Program-made: the position numbers and the translations under genes | NCBI GenBank assembly: GCA_001803315.1 | Contig: MHBQ01000059.1 | Span: forward strand, 17,188 to 81,187 | Direction: 5' to 3' | Source of the DNA: Lentisphaerae bacterium RIFOXYC12_FULL_60_16 | Lineage (GTDB): Bacteria; Verrucomicrobiota; Kiritimatiellia; UBA8416; YA12-FULL-60-10 | Length of the DNA: 64,000 nt | Part shown: piece after piece, positions 14,057 to 22,853 of the stretch | How positions within the stretch are numbered: the stretch's first letter is position 1 | Layout: each line of letters opens with the position of its first letter | Notes under the pieces: generated by a model | What the model saw: only the letters and a program-made list of their open reading frames with translations | Told to the model about the DNA's origin: nothing | Databases searched by the model: none

Positions 14057-14115
14057 AATGCTCCTTTCGCCGGGGTACGCCCCGCACACCATCCCGCCCG
14101 TGCGGGGTTTCCGGT

Positions 14116-14400
<285 letters not shown>

Positions 14401-14442
14401 TTACGTGGGCCCTTGAAGCCCGTTCTTGGTTTATCGTTTCCT

Positions 14443-15186
14443 TCATGACCCGAAAAGCAACAGCAGGGCGATGACGAAGGCATACACCGTGGTCGACTCG
14501 GCGACCGCCGCCCCCACAAAAAAGGTGTTGCGGAGCAAGCCGTCGCCATGTCCCGGGGTGTCCGCCAGCGCGCGGCAGAACTTGGCCCCCACGAGCCCGA
14601 TGCCCACGGCGGGGCCAATGGCGCCGATCCCCATGCAGATGCCGACCGCCAGCAGGCGCCCCACCATGCTGACCGTTTCGATTCCCGTGACGCCGCCGAA
14701 CGAACCGAACACCATCATCAGCCCGATCACCAGGGCCAGGATGTTGGGCGTCTGGCTCCAGGCCTGCCCCACCAGCATGTAGAGCATGATCTTGCCTGAT
14801 TGCCGCGGGTTGCGGCCAACCGCTTCCACCGCGTCACACCCGACCAGCCCGCAGCCAATGCCGGAACCGAGTGACCCGAACCCCAGGCAGAGCCCGGAGG
14901 AAAGGAAGGCGGCGGCCTGCGCCCAGGAATCGGCCGCCGCGCCTTCCGGACTGGCCATCTTGATGACCAGGATCAGCGCCACGACCAGGGCAAAAATACT
15001 GGGGGTCGAGGCGCCCGCCTGACCGACCAGCATGAGCCGGAATAGCGCCGGGCTGAAGGAAGGCTGGCGTGCCCAGCTCCGCAGCGCGCCCGTCACCACG
15101 TACCCGATCCCGGCCCCATTGCTCAGAGATCCGAGCCCCATGCAGATTGCCGCTCCCAGCAACGCGGCCATGATGGCAATATCCAT
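14443..15186 (-). CDS. atpE: Triplicated (three-hairpin, 6-TM) Fo c subunit with a single conserved ion-binding glutamate
   Basis: The 247-aa protein contains three c-subunit hairpin repeats of ~80 aa each. The helix-2 motifs are GQAGASTPSIF (no carboxylate), GQAWSQTPNIL (Q, no carboxylate) and GAAVAESTTVY (E-S-T..Y retained). Confidence 0.8.
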   Translation of the reverse strand: MDIAIMAALLGAAICMGLGSLSNGAGIGYVVTGALRSWARQPSFSPALFRLMLVGQAGASTPSIFALVVALILVIKMASPEGAAADSWAQAAAFLSSGLCLGFGSLGSGIGCGLVGCDAVEAVGRNPRQSGKIMLYMLVGQAWSQTPNILALVIGLMMVFGSFGGVTGIETVSMVGRLLAVGICMGIGAIGPAVGIGLVGAKFCRALADTPGHGDGLLRNTFFVGAAVAESTTVYAFVIALLLLFGS

Positions 15187-15188
15187 GT

Positions 15189-16181
15189 TTACTCCTGTCG
15201 ATCCGATGGAGGTTTCACGCCGGCCGTTGCGGGTTTGTCGCGGGTGTCATCGTCCGGCATTTCGGCATCCGCCACGCCCAGCGAAATGTAGGTCAACGCC
15301 AACATCGTAAAGACGAAGGCCTGAATCGTCCCGGCGAATACGCCGAAAAAGCCCATCAGCCCCACCGGCAGCACGAGATGGTGGAGCAGGCCGCTGACGA
15401 CGACCAGAATCACCACGCCTCCGAATATGTTGCCGAACAGACGAAACGAGATCGACACGACCTCGGCGATCTTACCGACCACGTTCAAGGGAAACATGAT
15501 GATGCCCATGGCGCCGCCCGGTTCGAAATAACCCTTCAAGTAACCCCGCAGGCCGTGCTTTCGGATCGTGGCGCCATGGCCGATCAGGACGACGAACAGC
15601 AGGGCAAGGGCGAGGGGAACATTGTAGTCGCCGGTCGGCTCGTGAAAGGCCGGCAATCGGAACCCCGCGTCGTAGACCCCGTTGTGACGCGCGAAAAGCC
15701 CCTGGCCGTCGCTCGCTTCCACGAACTCGCCCGGATCGTACCGGCCGTTGCCGTTATAGTCGTTGAAGCGCTCGCCGCCGATATGCATCTCCGGAACCGG
15801 TAGCAGGCCGATCATGTTGGAGACCCACACGAAAAGAAAGAGGCTGCCGATCCACGGCAGGTAGCGCCGCCCGCTGGCGGCCCCGATGCTCCGTGTGACG
15901 AGGTTGTCGAAGACTTCGAACACCTGTTCGAACAGGACCTGGGCCTTGCCCGGCACCTCGCGCAGACGTCGCGTGCAGAGCCACGCCAGCGCGCAGATGA
16001 GGACGGCCACCACGAACGTCATCATGACGGTGGCGTGGTTGAACTCCAGCAGCAGGCCGAATCCGTCGATCTGCACGGGTAGTTCCCGCGCGATGTCTTC
16101 GGACGCGTGCGCGCCCGGCGCCAGCGCCAGGCATGCCGCCGCAAGAAGCACTCCCTTGACGTTGAGCGGGCGGCGGATCAT
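15189..16181 (-). CDS. atpB: Fo ATP synthase a subunit with signal-like N-terminus and ~50-aa loop insertion
   Basis: The C-terminal helices are conserved (…FRLFGNIFGG…LALTYISL). The ATG at 16181 follows GGATGGAAG. The longer ORF reaching 16490 is a GC-driven extension. Confidence 0.85.
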   Translation of the reverse strand: MIRRPLNVKGVLLAAACLALAPGAHASEDIARELPVQIDGFGLLLEFNHATVMMTFVVAVLICALAWLCTRRLREVPGKAQVLFEQVFEVFDNLVTRSIGAASGRRYLPWIGSLFLFVWVSNMIGLLPVPEMHIGGERFNDYNGNGRYDPGEFVEASDGQGLFARHNGVYDAGFRLPAFHEPTGDYNVPLALALLFVVLIGHGATIRKHGLRGYLKGYFEPGGAMGIIMFPLNVVGKIAEVVSISFRLFGNIFGGVVILVVVSGLLHHLVLPVGLMGFFGVFAGTIQAFVFTMLALTYISLGVADAEMPDDDTRDKPATAGVKPPSDRQE

Positions 16182-16600
16182 GACCGACTTCCATCCGCAA
16201 TCGTTTCGTTTTCCGCCGGGCCCGACAGGGCGGCCGGCCGCAGCAGGCTGTCGCCGATCAGGACCAGACGTTCCAGCATGACCCCGCAGAAGCAGGCGTA
16301 GAGATCGATTTTCTCCGTCAACGCGGCGGTAAGCAGCGCAGCCAGCGCCACGCCGAACTGCAGCGCCGAGGAACGGATCGTGGCGCGTCCCCACCGGCGC
16401 GGTTCGTCCTGCGCCATTCCCAGGATCGAGACCACGCGCAGCCGCAAGATGACCAGTCCAGCCGCGCTCCCCAGCAGCCATCCTCCGCAATAGCTCAAGT
16501 CCTGGGGCAGCAAGACGGCCAGACCAATCCCCCCCGCCCCGCCAAGGACGAGGACCGCGAGCAGGATCGACCGCTGATACCGGTATATGCTTTGCATCAT
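16178..16600 (-). CDS. atpI: ATP synthase protein I-like small membrane protein
   Basis: ~140 aa with 3-4 TM helices. ATGATG at 16600 is preceded by GAGGAG. The ORF overlaps the atpB start (ATGA). Confidence 0.55.
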   Translation of the reverse strand: MMQSIYRYQRSILLAVLVLGGAGGIGLAVLLPQDLSYCGGWLLGSAAGLVILRLRVVSILGMAQDEPRRWGRATIRSSALQFGVALAALLTAALTEKIDLYACFCGVMLERLVLIGDSLLRPAALSGPAENETIADGSRS

Positions 16601-16905
16601 GTTCGCTCCTCGCACGCGCCGGTTTCCCACCGGCGCGGCTTCATCACGACCTCCGTCAACGACCGGCAGGCCCACCGGGACGAGAGGACGACACTCGCCG
16701 CGACGACGGCCAGAATCGGCCACAAGCCCTGTTCCAGACGCCGGCTTGCCCACGCCCCCGCCAGGAATCCTCCGGTGACCGCAGCCGCCACCGAAAACCC
16801 CAGAACGCCCGCCAGGCGGAGTATGCCCGTGATTTCGCGCCACTCCGTGTCGGTGGCCGAAGGGCTCGCGCCGTCATCCTTTTCCAAACGGTCCAGCGGT
16901 TGCAT
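16597..16905 (-). CDS. AtpZ/ATPase_gene1-like small membrane protein
   Basis: 102 aa with two TM helices, in the position typical of atpZ upstream of atpI. The start lies 5 nt after the acsE stop. Confidence 0.45.
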   Translation of the reverse strand: MQPLDRLEKDDGASPSATDTEWREITGILRLAGVLGFSVAAAVTGGFLAGAWASRRLEQGLWPILAVVAASVVLSSRWACRSLTEVVMKPRRWETGACEERT

Positions 16906-16910
16906 TCCGG

Positions 16911-17717
16911 CTATGCCTTTCCCTGCAAATAAGCCGTCAGGTAGGAATCGCTGTAGATCGCCTTGTTCAGAAGGATTTCCGCCGTAACCATGGTGTTCGT
17001 CAGCTCGGTGTCCAGGGGATCGTGAATGCTGGCATCGAGTCCGGCGCCGATCGCCATGGTCAGGAATACGCGGTTGATGAGCGACCGCTCGGTGGCGCCC
17101 TGGCTGAGGTTGCTCAGCCCGATCACGACGTGCGGCGCCGGGTCGCTCAGCAGCCGGAACTGGCGGATGGTCTCGATCACGATGCCGGGCGCCTTCTGGT
17201 CGCAGTTGACCGGCAGGATGATCGGGTCGAGGTAAACGTCCTCGATCGACACCCCGGCGTCCGTGGCGGCGGCCAGCGTGCGCATACCGATCTCCAACTT
17301 GCCCTCGATCGTGGCCGCCACGCCGTTCTCATCGATCGAAAGACCGACGATGCCCGCGCCGAATTCGTGCGCGAGCCCCATGAAGGCGGCCAGTTTTTCC
17401 GCCTGCCCCGTGGTGGAGTTGATGATTGCGCGGCCCTTGATGGTCGCCGCCTGCAGCCCCACCCGCACGGTCTCGAGGCTGGGGTTGTCGATCGAGAGCG
17501 GCTTGTCGGTCACCTCGCGGGTGACCTCGATGAGCCACCGCATGGCGGCGGCCCGCTCCGCCTTCGGCACACGGGTCCCGACGTTGATGTCGAGCGCGTC
17601 GGCGCCGCCGGCCAGTTGTTTCTCGGCCATCTCCCGGACGGGTTTTGGATCCTTGTTCTTAATGGCTTCGCCGATTGCTTCGAACATTCCGTTGATGCGT
17701 TCTCCGATAACCAACAT
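16911..17717 (-). CDS. acsE: Methyltetrahydrofolate:corrinoid/iron-sulfur protein methyltransferase (pterin-binding, DHPS-like)
   Basis: 268 aa pterin-binding barrel protein (…DALDINVG…, …IGLSNLSQG…). An RBS AAAGGAG precedes the ATG. Confidence 0.9.
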   Translation of the reverse strand: MLVIGERINGMFEAIGEAIKNKDPKPVREMAEKQLAGGADALDINVGTRVPKAERAAAMRWLIEVTREVTDKPLSIDNPSLETVRVGLQAATIKGRAIINSTTGQAEKLAAFMGLAHEFGAGIVGLSIDENGVAATIEGKLEIGMRTLAAATDAGVSIEDVYLDPIILPVNCDQKAPGIVIETIRQFRLLSDPAPHVVIGLSNLSQGATERSLINRVFLTMAIGAGLDASIHDPLDTELTNTMVTAEILLNKAIYSDSYLTAYLQGKA

Positions 17718-17751
17718 CGTCGATCTCCTTTCGTGCGTGAAATTATCCGGC

Positions 17752-18717
17752 TCAGACCACGAGCCGCTTGATCATGTCCTTCAGGCCCAACGCCGCTTGG
17801 GGATGCCGCATCACCATGATATCGCTGCCCGCCTGCAACAGCGTCACGGCCGTGGACAATTCCCACAGCATGCCGCGGAGCGCGGGATCGCCCCACGTCG
17901 GTTGTTCCTCGGTCGTGGCTTTCGATTCCTTGGCCCGCCAGGCTTCCTGCCCCACCATGCAGATGACCGGCATCGCCATCATCTTGTCCCCGCCCAGCGC
18001 CGCCAGCCGGCCGCGTTCCTGGATGGAGTAGGTATATTCCAGCCCGTACCCCAGCGCGCCGGTCGTCTGGTACATCACGATCCGGTCCAACGGGAATCCC
18101 ATCTCCGAAATCAGGATGTTCACCTGTTTGGCGATGTTGATGTCGATCGGGCTCAGCCCGATCAGCGCGTGACCGTCCGCCTGACAGGCCGCCACGAGCG
18201 TCTTGTAGTTGTCCTCGGTCGCGGCGCCCAGCAGACACCGTTCGCCCGCCGCCGCCTGGCTGCAGGAAGGCAACACCTCATTGTCCTTCGCTTCGCTGTC
18301 ACAGCCCCAGATGACCAGGGGTACTCCCACGGCCTTCAACACCGACCGCACGACCGCGGCGGCTTCCGCCGGCGACCGGTCGCCGGTGTCCGGATGGGTT
18401 CCCGCCAGTTTCAGGCAGATGAGATCGGCGCCGGCCTCCTCCACCGCCTTGCGGGCCCAATCGGCGGGGGACTTGACGGCTTTGCCCCAGGCCGCGGTCA
18501 GTGCGGCGGGCCAATCATCCGGCTCCCGGTCCCAGATCTCGATCGCCACGACGGGCGGGTGCGGGGTGGCGCCGTCGAAGCGCATGAAAGGCACCCCCGT
18601 GCCCCCCCCGACCGTCACGGTCGAGGTTCTCGTTCCTCCCTCCCCGGCCGTCGCCCCCAGGGTCAGGGTATTGACTGCACCGGCCCATTTCTCCTTGGCG
18701 TCCGCAAGCATCGTCAT
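17752..18717 (-). CDS. acsD: Corrinoid iron-sulfur protein small subunit (CFeSP delta)
   Basis: 321 aa matching the AcsD/CdhD TIM-barrel family. A strong RBS GAGAGGAGGAG is present. Confidence 0.9.
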   Translation of the reverse strand: MTMLADAKEKWAGAVNTLTLGATAGEGGTRTSTVTVGGGTGVPFMRFDGATPHPPVVAIEIWDREPDDWPAALTAAWGKAVKSPADWARKAVEEAGADLICLKLAGTHPDTGDRSPAEAAAVVRSVLKAVGVPLVIWGCDSEAKDNEVLPSCSQAAAGERCLLGAATEDNYKTLVAACQADGHALIGLSPIDINIAKQVNILISEMGFPLDRIVMYQTTGALGYGLEYTYSIQERGRLAALGGDKMMAMPVICMVGQEAWRAKESKATTEEQPTWGDPALRGMLWELSTAVTLLQAGSDIMVMRHPQAALGLKDMIKRLVV

Positions 18718-19487
18718 CGTCTCCTCCTCTCGAGCAAGTTGCCCACCATTACATCCACCGCCCGCAGGGCCTCCGACTCCGGAGGCAATTCCAGCAGCGA
18801 TCGCTGTTGCGCCTCAAAATCGACCACGAGCGGATCGTCCGGGATGGTCCCGACGATTTCCATGCCCGTCTTGGCGAATTCATCCCGCAGGGCCGGCGAC
18901 AGGGATCCGTCACACCGGTTCAACACCAGGAATGCGCTTTGCACCTCCAATTCCAGGCTGACCATGATGTCGCGGATACGCAGGGCGGTGCGCGCGCCGA
19001 TGAGGTTCGGCTGGCACGTCACCAGCATCACCTCGACCCGCCCGTCCGTCCGCCGGCTCAGATGTTCCAAGCCGGCCTCGTTGTCGATGATCACCGCGCG
19101 GTATTGCTCGGCAATCCGTTCCAAACAGTTCCGCAGGAGGTTGTTCAGATAGCAGTAACAGTTCGGCCCCTCCTGCCGGCCCATCACGACCAGGTCGAAG
19201 CCGACGGCCTCCGCCACCTCCTCGTTGATGAGCCGTTCGATCCATTCGGCTTTGGAAAACCCCTGGGCCGCCGTCTCCGGATCGGCGCGCAACTGCTCCC
19301 GCATGTGCCCGATCGTCTGCGTGGGCGCCACCGTCACGCCGAGCCGGTCGGGAAGACAACTGTTCGGGTCCGCATCGACCGCCAGCACCGGCTTGATGGA
19401 CCGGTTCAGGAGGCAGCGGCAAAGCAGGGCGGACAGGGTCGTTTTGCCCGTGCCTCCCTTGCCCGCGATGGCGATCTTGAATGCCAT
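18714..19487 (-). CDS. acsF: CooC-type Ni-insertion ATPase (ACS maturation)
   Basis: Deviant Walker A AGKGGTGKTT and a CooC-like CYC motif. The ATG at 19487 is taken as the start. The ORF extension to 20018 is rejected. Confidence 0.85.
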   Translation of the reverse strand: MAFKIAIAGKGGTGKTTLSALLCRCLLNRSIKPVLAVDADPNSCLPDRLGVTVAPTQTIGHMREQLRADPETAAQGFSKAEWIERLINEEVAEAVGFDLVVMGRQEGPNCYCYLNNLLRNCLERIAEQYRAVIIDNEAGLEHLSRRTDGRVEVMLVTCQPNLIGARTALRIRDIMVSLELEVQSAFLVLNRCDGSLSPALRDEFAKTGMEIVGTIPDDPLVVDFEAQQRSLLELPPESEALRAVDVMVGNLLERRRR

Positions 19488-19519
19488 AATCGTATATCCC
19501 GGTTTGGCGCCCCCGCCCT

Positions 19520-21439
19520 TCAGGCCTTTCCTTTCATCACGGAGGGGAACTTCTCGATGTCGGTGTGCGGCAAAAACAGGCAGGAACTGTAGCCGTCGAT
19601 GTACTTGTGGTGCGTGCTCAGTTCCAGGTAGGTCATCATGTCGGCCACATGATCTTCGGCGTACTTCAGGGCTTCCCGGGACAGAAGCGCCATTTTCGCA
19701 CCCTGGACGGATCCGTTGCCGACGAACCGGAAACGCTCGAGGGGCAGGTCCGGCAGCAACCCGATGTCGATCGCCCTCGGAATGCGCAGGTAGGAACCGA
19801 ATCCGCCGGCGATATACACGTGCCGAACGTCCTCGAACGTCCCGTCCACATAGTCGAGCAGACATTCGGCGCCCATGAATACCGATCCCTTGCTGCGGAT
19901 CAGATTCTGGATGTCCGATTCGGTCAGGACGATGTCCCGGCCCAGCGCGGTTTCTTCGCTGGGAAACAGCACGAACTCCGGTTCGTCGGCCTCGCCAATG
20001 CGCAGGCGATCCCCGCACCGGTCGGGCATGTAGCGACCCCGGCGATCGATGCAGCCGATCCGTAACAGCTCGCCCACCACGTCAATCAGGCCGGAACCGC
20101 ACAATCCCAGCGGTTTGCCGCCATCCACCACGGTCCGGTCAACCACCCGTCCCCCTTCGGCCAGGTTGATCCGCTCGATCGCCCCGCGCGTGGCGTGCAT
20201 GCCGCAACGGATGCCTCCGCCCTCGAAAGCGGGTCCCGCGGAGGCCGAGCAACAGACAAGCCACTCGTTGTTGCCCAGTACCAGTTCGCCATTCGTCCCC
20301 AGATCGATCAGTAACGAGAGGTCCGGGGAACGCGTCATGCCGCTCACCAGCACGTCCGCCACCACGTCCCCGCCGACGTAGCTGGCGACGCAGGGCAGCG
20401 TCGACAACAACCCCCGCGGGTGGATCGATATCCCCACCTCGCTCGCGCGCACCGTGGGACACGACCGGACGGCCGGCACGTAAGGCTCGCGGCGGATATT
20501 GGACGGATCCAGGGCCAGCAGCAGGTGGATCATGGTCGTATTGCCCGCGCACAGGATGAAGGTCACGTCGCTTAACCGGATGCCCGCCTCCTGTACCAGG
20601 GCGGCAACCAGGTCATTGATGTCGTCGACGATGAGTTCCTTGAGTTTTTCACGGCGCAGGGGGTTGGATGCGCACATGATCCGGGCGATGACGTCCTCGC
20701 CCAGGGGAATCTGCGAGTTGTATTTGGCCTTGGCGGAGAGGGTTTCCGACGTGTTCAGGTTCACCAGGTGCGCCACGACCGTGGTGGTGCCGATATCCAC
20801 GGCCACTCCGAAGTTGCGGTCCGACACGTCTCCCGCCTCCATGTCGACCACTTCCAGCGTCTCGCCGCGCCATCCAAGCATGGCGGTCAGCTTCCATTCG
20901 CCATCCCGGAGTACGCCGGGCAGGCGCCGCAGGACGGCAAGCCCCATCTGCATCACCGGGGCGGGCTGAACGCGTCGGATCTCACGGAACACGCGTTCCT
21001 TGTCGGAAAGACAGTCCGTGATTGTCGGCGGGGGCAGGTCGAGAAACACCTTCCGACACAGCGGATTATGCGGAAAACACGCCTTCTCCCCCACCAACTC
21101 GCTGGGACGGCTGAACCGGACCGCATCCTCCGACGCCAACTGGGGAACACCGCCGATGCGGGTCTCGATCGGCACCTCGACGACGACGTCGCCTTCCACG
21201 GACGTCTGGCAGGCCAGGGCCATCCCCCGCTGGATTTCCCGCCGGTCCAGGAAAATGTTGGCCTGGGCGGTGACCTTGCCCGACTTGACCAGTACCCGGC
21301 ACTTCCCGCAGACACCGTCCCCGGCACAAACGCTGGTGATGGTGACGCCCGCCGCTTCCGCCGCCTCGAGCAGGGTCTTCCCCCGGGCGGCAGAGACGGT
21401 TTTGTTGTCAGGCAGAAAAGTGACCGTGTATGTCTTCAT
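19520..21439 (-). CDS. Reductive activator of corrinoid protein (RACo): N-terminal 2Fe-2S ferredoxin plus ASKHA ATPase domain
   Basis: The N-terminus is a 2Fe-2S ferredoxin (CAGDGVCGKCRV). ASKHA motifs follow (VAVDIGTTT..., DLGTNGE). The protein is 640 aa, and its ATG overlaps the acsC stop. Confidence 0.85.
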   Translation of the reverse strand: MKTYTVTFLPDNKTVSAARGKTLLEAAEAAGVTITSVCAGDGVCGKCRVLVKSGKVTAQANIFLDRREIQRGMALACQTSVEGDVVVEVPIETRIGGVPQLASEDAVRFSRPSELVGEKACFPHNPLCRKVFLDLPPPTITDCLSDKERVFREIRRVQPAPVMQMGLAVLRRLPGVLRDGEWKLTAMLGWRGETLEVVDMEAGDVSDRNFGVAVDIGTTTVVAHLVNLNTSETLSAKAKYNSQIPLGEDVIARIMCASNPLRREKLKELIVDDINDLVAALVQEAGIRLSDVTFILCAGNTTMIHLLLALDPSNIRREPYVPAVRSCPTVRASEVGISIHPRGLLSTLPCVASYVGGDVVADVLVSGMTRSPDLSLLIDLGTNGELVLGNNEWLVCCSASAGPAFEGGGIRCGMHATRGAIERINLAEGGRVVDRTVVDGGKPLGLCGSGLIDVVGELLRIGCIDRRGRYMPDRCGDRLRIGEADEPEFVLFPSEETALGRDIVLTESDIQNLIRSKGSVFMGAECLLDYVDGTFEDVRHVYIAGGFGSYLRIPRAIDIGLLPDLPLERFRFVGNGSVQGAKMALLSREALKYAEDHVADMMTYLELSTHHKYIDGYSSCLFLPHTDIEKFPSVMKGKA

Positions 21440-22776
21440 GCTCCGGACCAGACCGTCTTCAGATAACGTGAGATCCCGCTGGCTTCGCGTGGGCCGACCA
21501 TGACCTCCCACCCCGACTCCTCCTGCAGCGCACCGCTCATGGCCGAAAGGTAGCCCGGGATGATGACCTTGCGGTGCTTGATCTGGCGTGTCACGTCCTC
21601 GGACTTGAGGAATGCCGCCACCTTTTCCGCGGTGAGCTTGTCGGAGGCGAACGCCGTCAGCACGGAGGTGCCTTCGGTGTCGATTACCCCGATGTAGGCC
21701 GGCACGCGGCTGGCCTCCACTTCCCCCTCGACCGTATAGAAGGTGAGCGAGAAATTGGTGGTGATCAGCAGGGGCGACTCCGGCGTGACCGCGCCCACCG
21801 GACAGAGCTTGGCTTCGACCTGGATCGGCTTGCGCGGGTCCGTATACAGGTTCTGGGACACCGTCAGAACGGGCAGCAGACACGCCGGTTCGCGCAGCGA
21901 CGTGATCACGAGTCCCGCGTATTTGGCCACGAACGCGCAACAGTCGGCGACGTTGACGAGCGGATCCTCCGCGCGGACAACCACCATGGCGGGATAACCG
22001 AGATCCCGCATCTTTTTCTTGAGGGCCAGCCGGCGGCTCGCGGTAAGCGCCTCGAGCGTGTCGAGCGTATGCGCCGCCGTAAGGTCGAGTACGATGTCCT
22101 CGACGCCCGCACCCCGCGCCATGGCGGCCAGGGCCGCCGCGCGTTCCAGATCGGGCGCCGCCACGGCCAGCGGACACTTCCGATCGCGGGCCACCCGCGC
22201 CATGGCCTCCCCGTTGGCGTCCGTGGCCGCGTGGATCAACGGCCGCGCCTCCGCGCACACCGCCACCGCCCGTTCGGCATGCGCCGCTTCCGCGGTCATC
22301 AGAACCATCGGCAGCCCGAGTTGCTTCACGACCGCCGCGGTCCGCTCGAACGGCTCCGCGGCGCCGCTGCGGTTCTCGATGGCCACCACGTTGGCTTTCA
22401 GCTCCATGCCCACGCGGGTGAAGCGGAGCCCGGCGATGGCGGCGCACGCCTCCGCGAGCGCCCGTTCGTCGAGCGTGTCCGGAAGCAGCACGCCGATTCC
22501 CGGCGCGTGATAGAACGCCTCATCATGTCGGAACAGGACGGTTTCGTTCCCGATTTCCAGTTTGTCGGGTCCCGCTCCGATGGCGACGAGACGAATCGGG
22601 GGAGCGGCGGCCCCGTCCAGCGCGGCCCGCGAGGCTTCGCTCACGTCCGGACATTGATCCAGCGTGGCTTGCTTCTGGGCCAGCTTCATGGCAAAGGCCA
22701 GACAGGTCGGGCAGCCGCATTTCTTGCAGTTGGTCTTGGGTAACAATTTGAATATATCGAGTGCTTTGAGTGCCAT
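21436..22776 (-). CDS. acsC: Corrinoid iron-sulfur protein large subunit (CFeSP gamma; 4Fe-4S, TIM barrel and B12-binding domains)
   Basis: The N-terminal motif CKKCGCPTC...C binds the 4Fe-4S cluster. The protein is 446 aa, with an RBS GGAGG. Confidence 0.9.
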   Translation of the reverse strand: MALKALDIFKLLPKTNCKKCGCPTCLAFAMKLAQKQATLDQCPDVSEASRAALDGAAAPPIRLVAIGAGPDKLEIGNETVLFRHDEAFYHAPGIGVLLPDTLDERALAEACAAIAGLRFTRVGMELKANVVAIENRSGAAEPFERTAAVVKQLGLPMVLMTAEAAHAERAVAVCAEARPLIHAATDANGEAMARVARDRKCPLAVAAPDLERAAALAAMARGAGVEDIVLDLTAAHTLDTLEALTASRRLALKKKMRDLGYPAMVVVRAEDPLVNVADCCAFVAKYAGLVITSLREPACLLPVLTVSQNLYTDPRKPIQVEAKLCPVGAVTPESPLLITTNFSLTFYTVEGEVEASRVPAYIGVIDTEGTSVLTAFASDKLTAEKVAAFLKSEDVTRQIKHRKVIIPGYLSAMSGALQEESGWEVMVGPREASGISRYLKTVWSGA

Positions 22777-22853
22777 GTGATGCCTCCGTTGTTAGATGAC
22801 GGCTTCCGTGGATGCGACGCAGCCGGGCGCCCCGTAAACGTCCGCGCGATCGG

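Noticed and set aside
19488-20018. N-terminal 177-aa extension of the acsF ORF, and similar upstream extensions of atpB (to 16490), RACo (to 22447) and the ubiD ORF (from 46652)
   Set aside because: The extensions are low-complexity and overlap upstream genes. Internal ATGs with RBSs match the expected protein N-termini.
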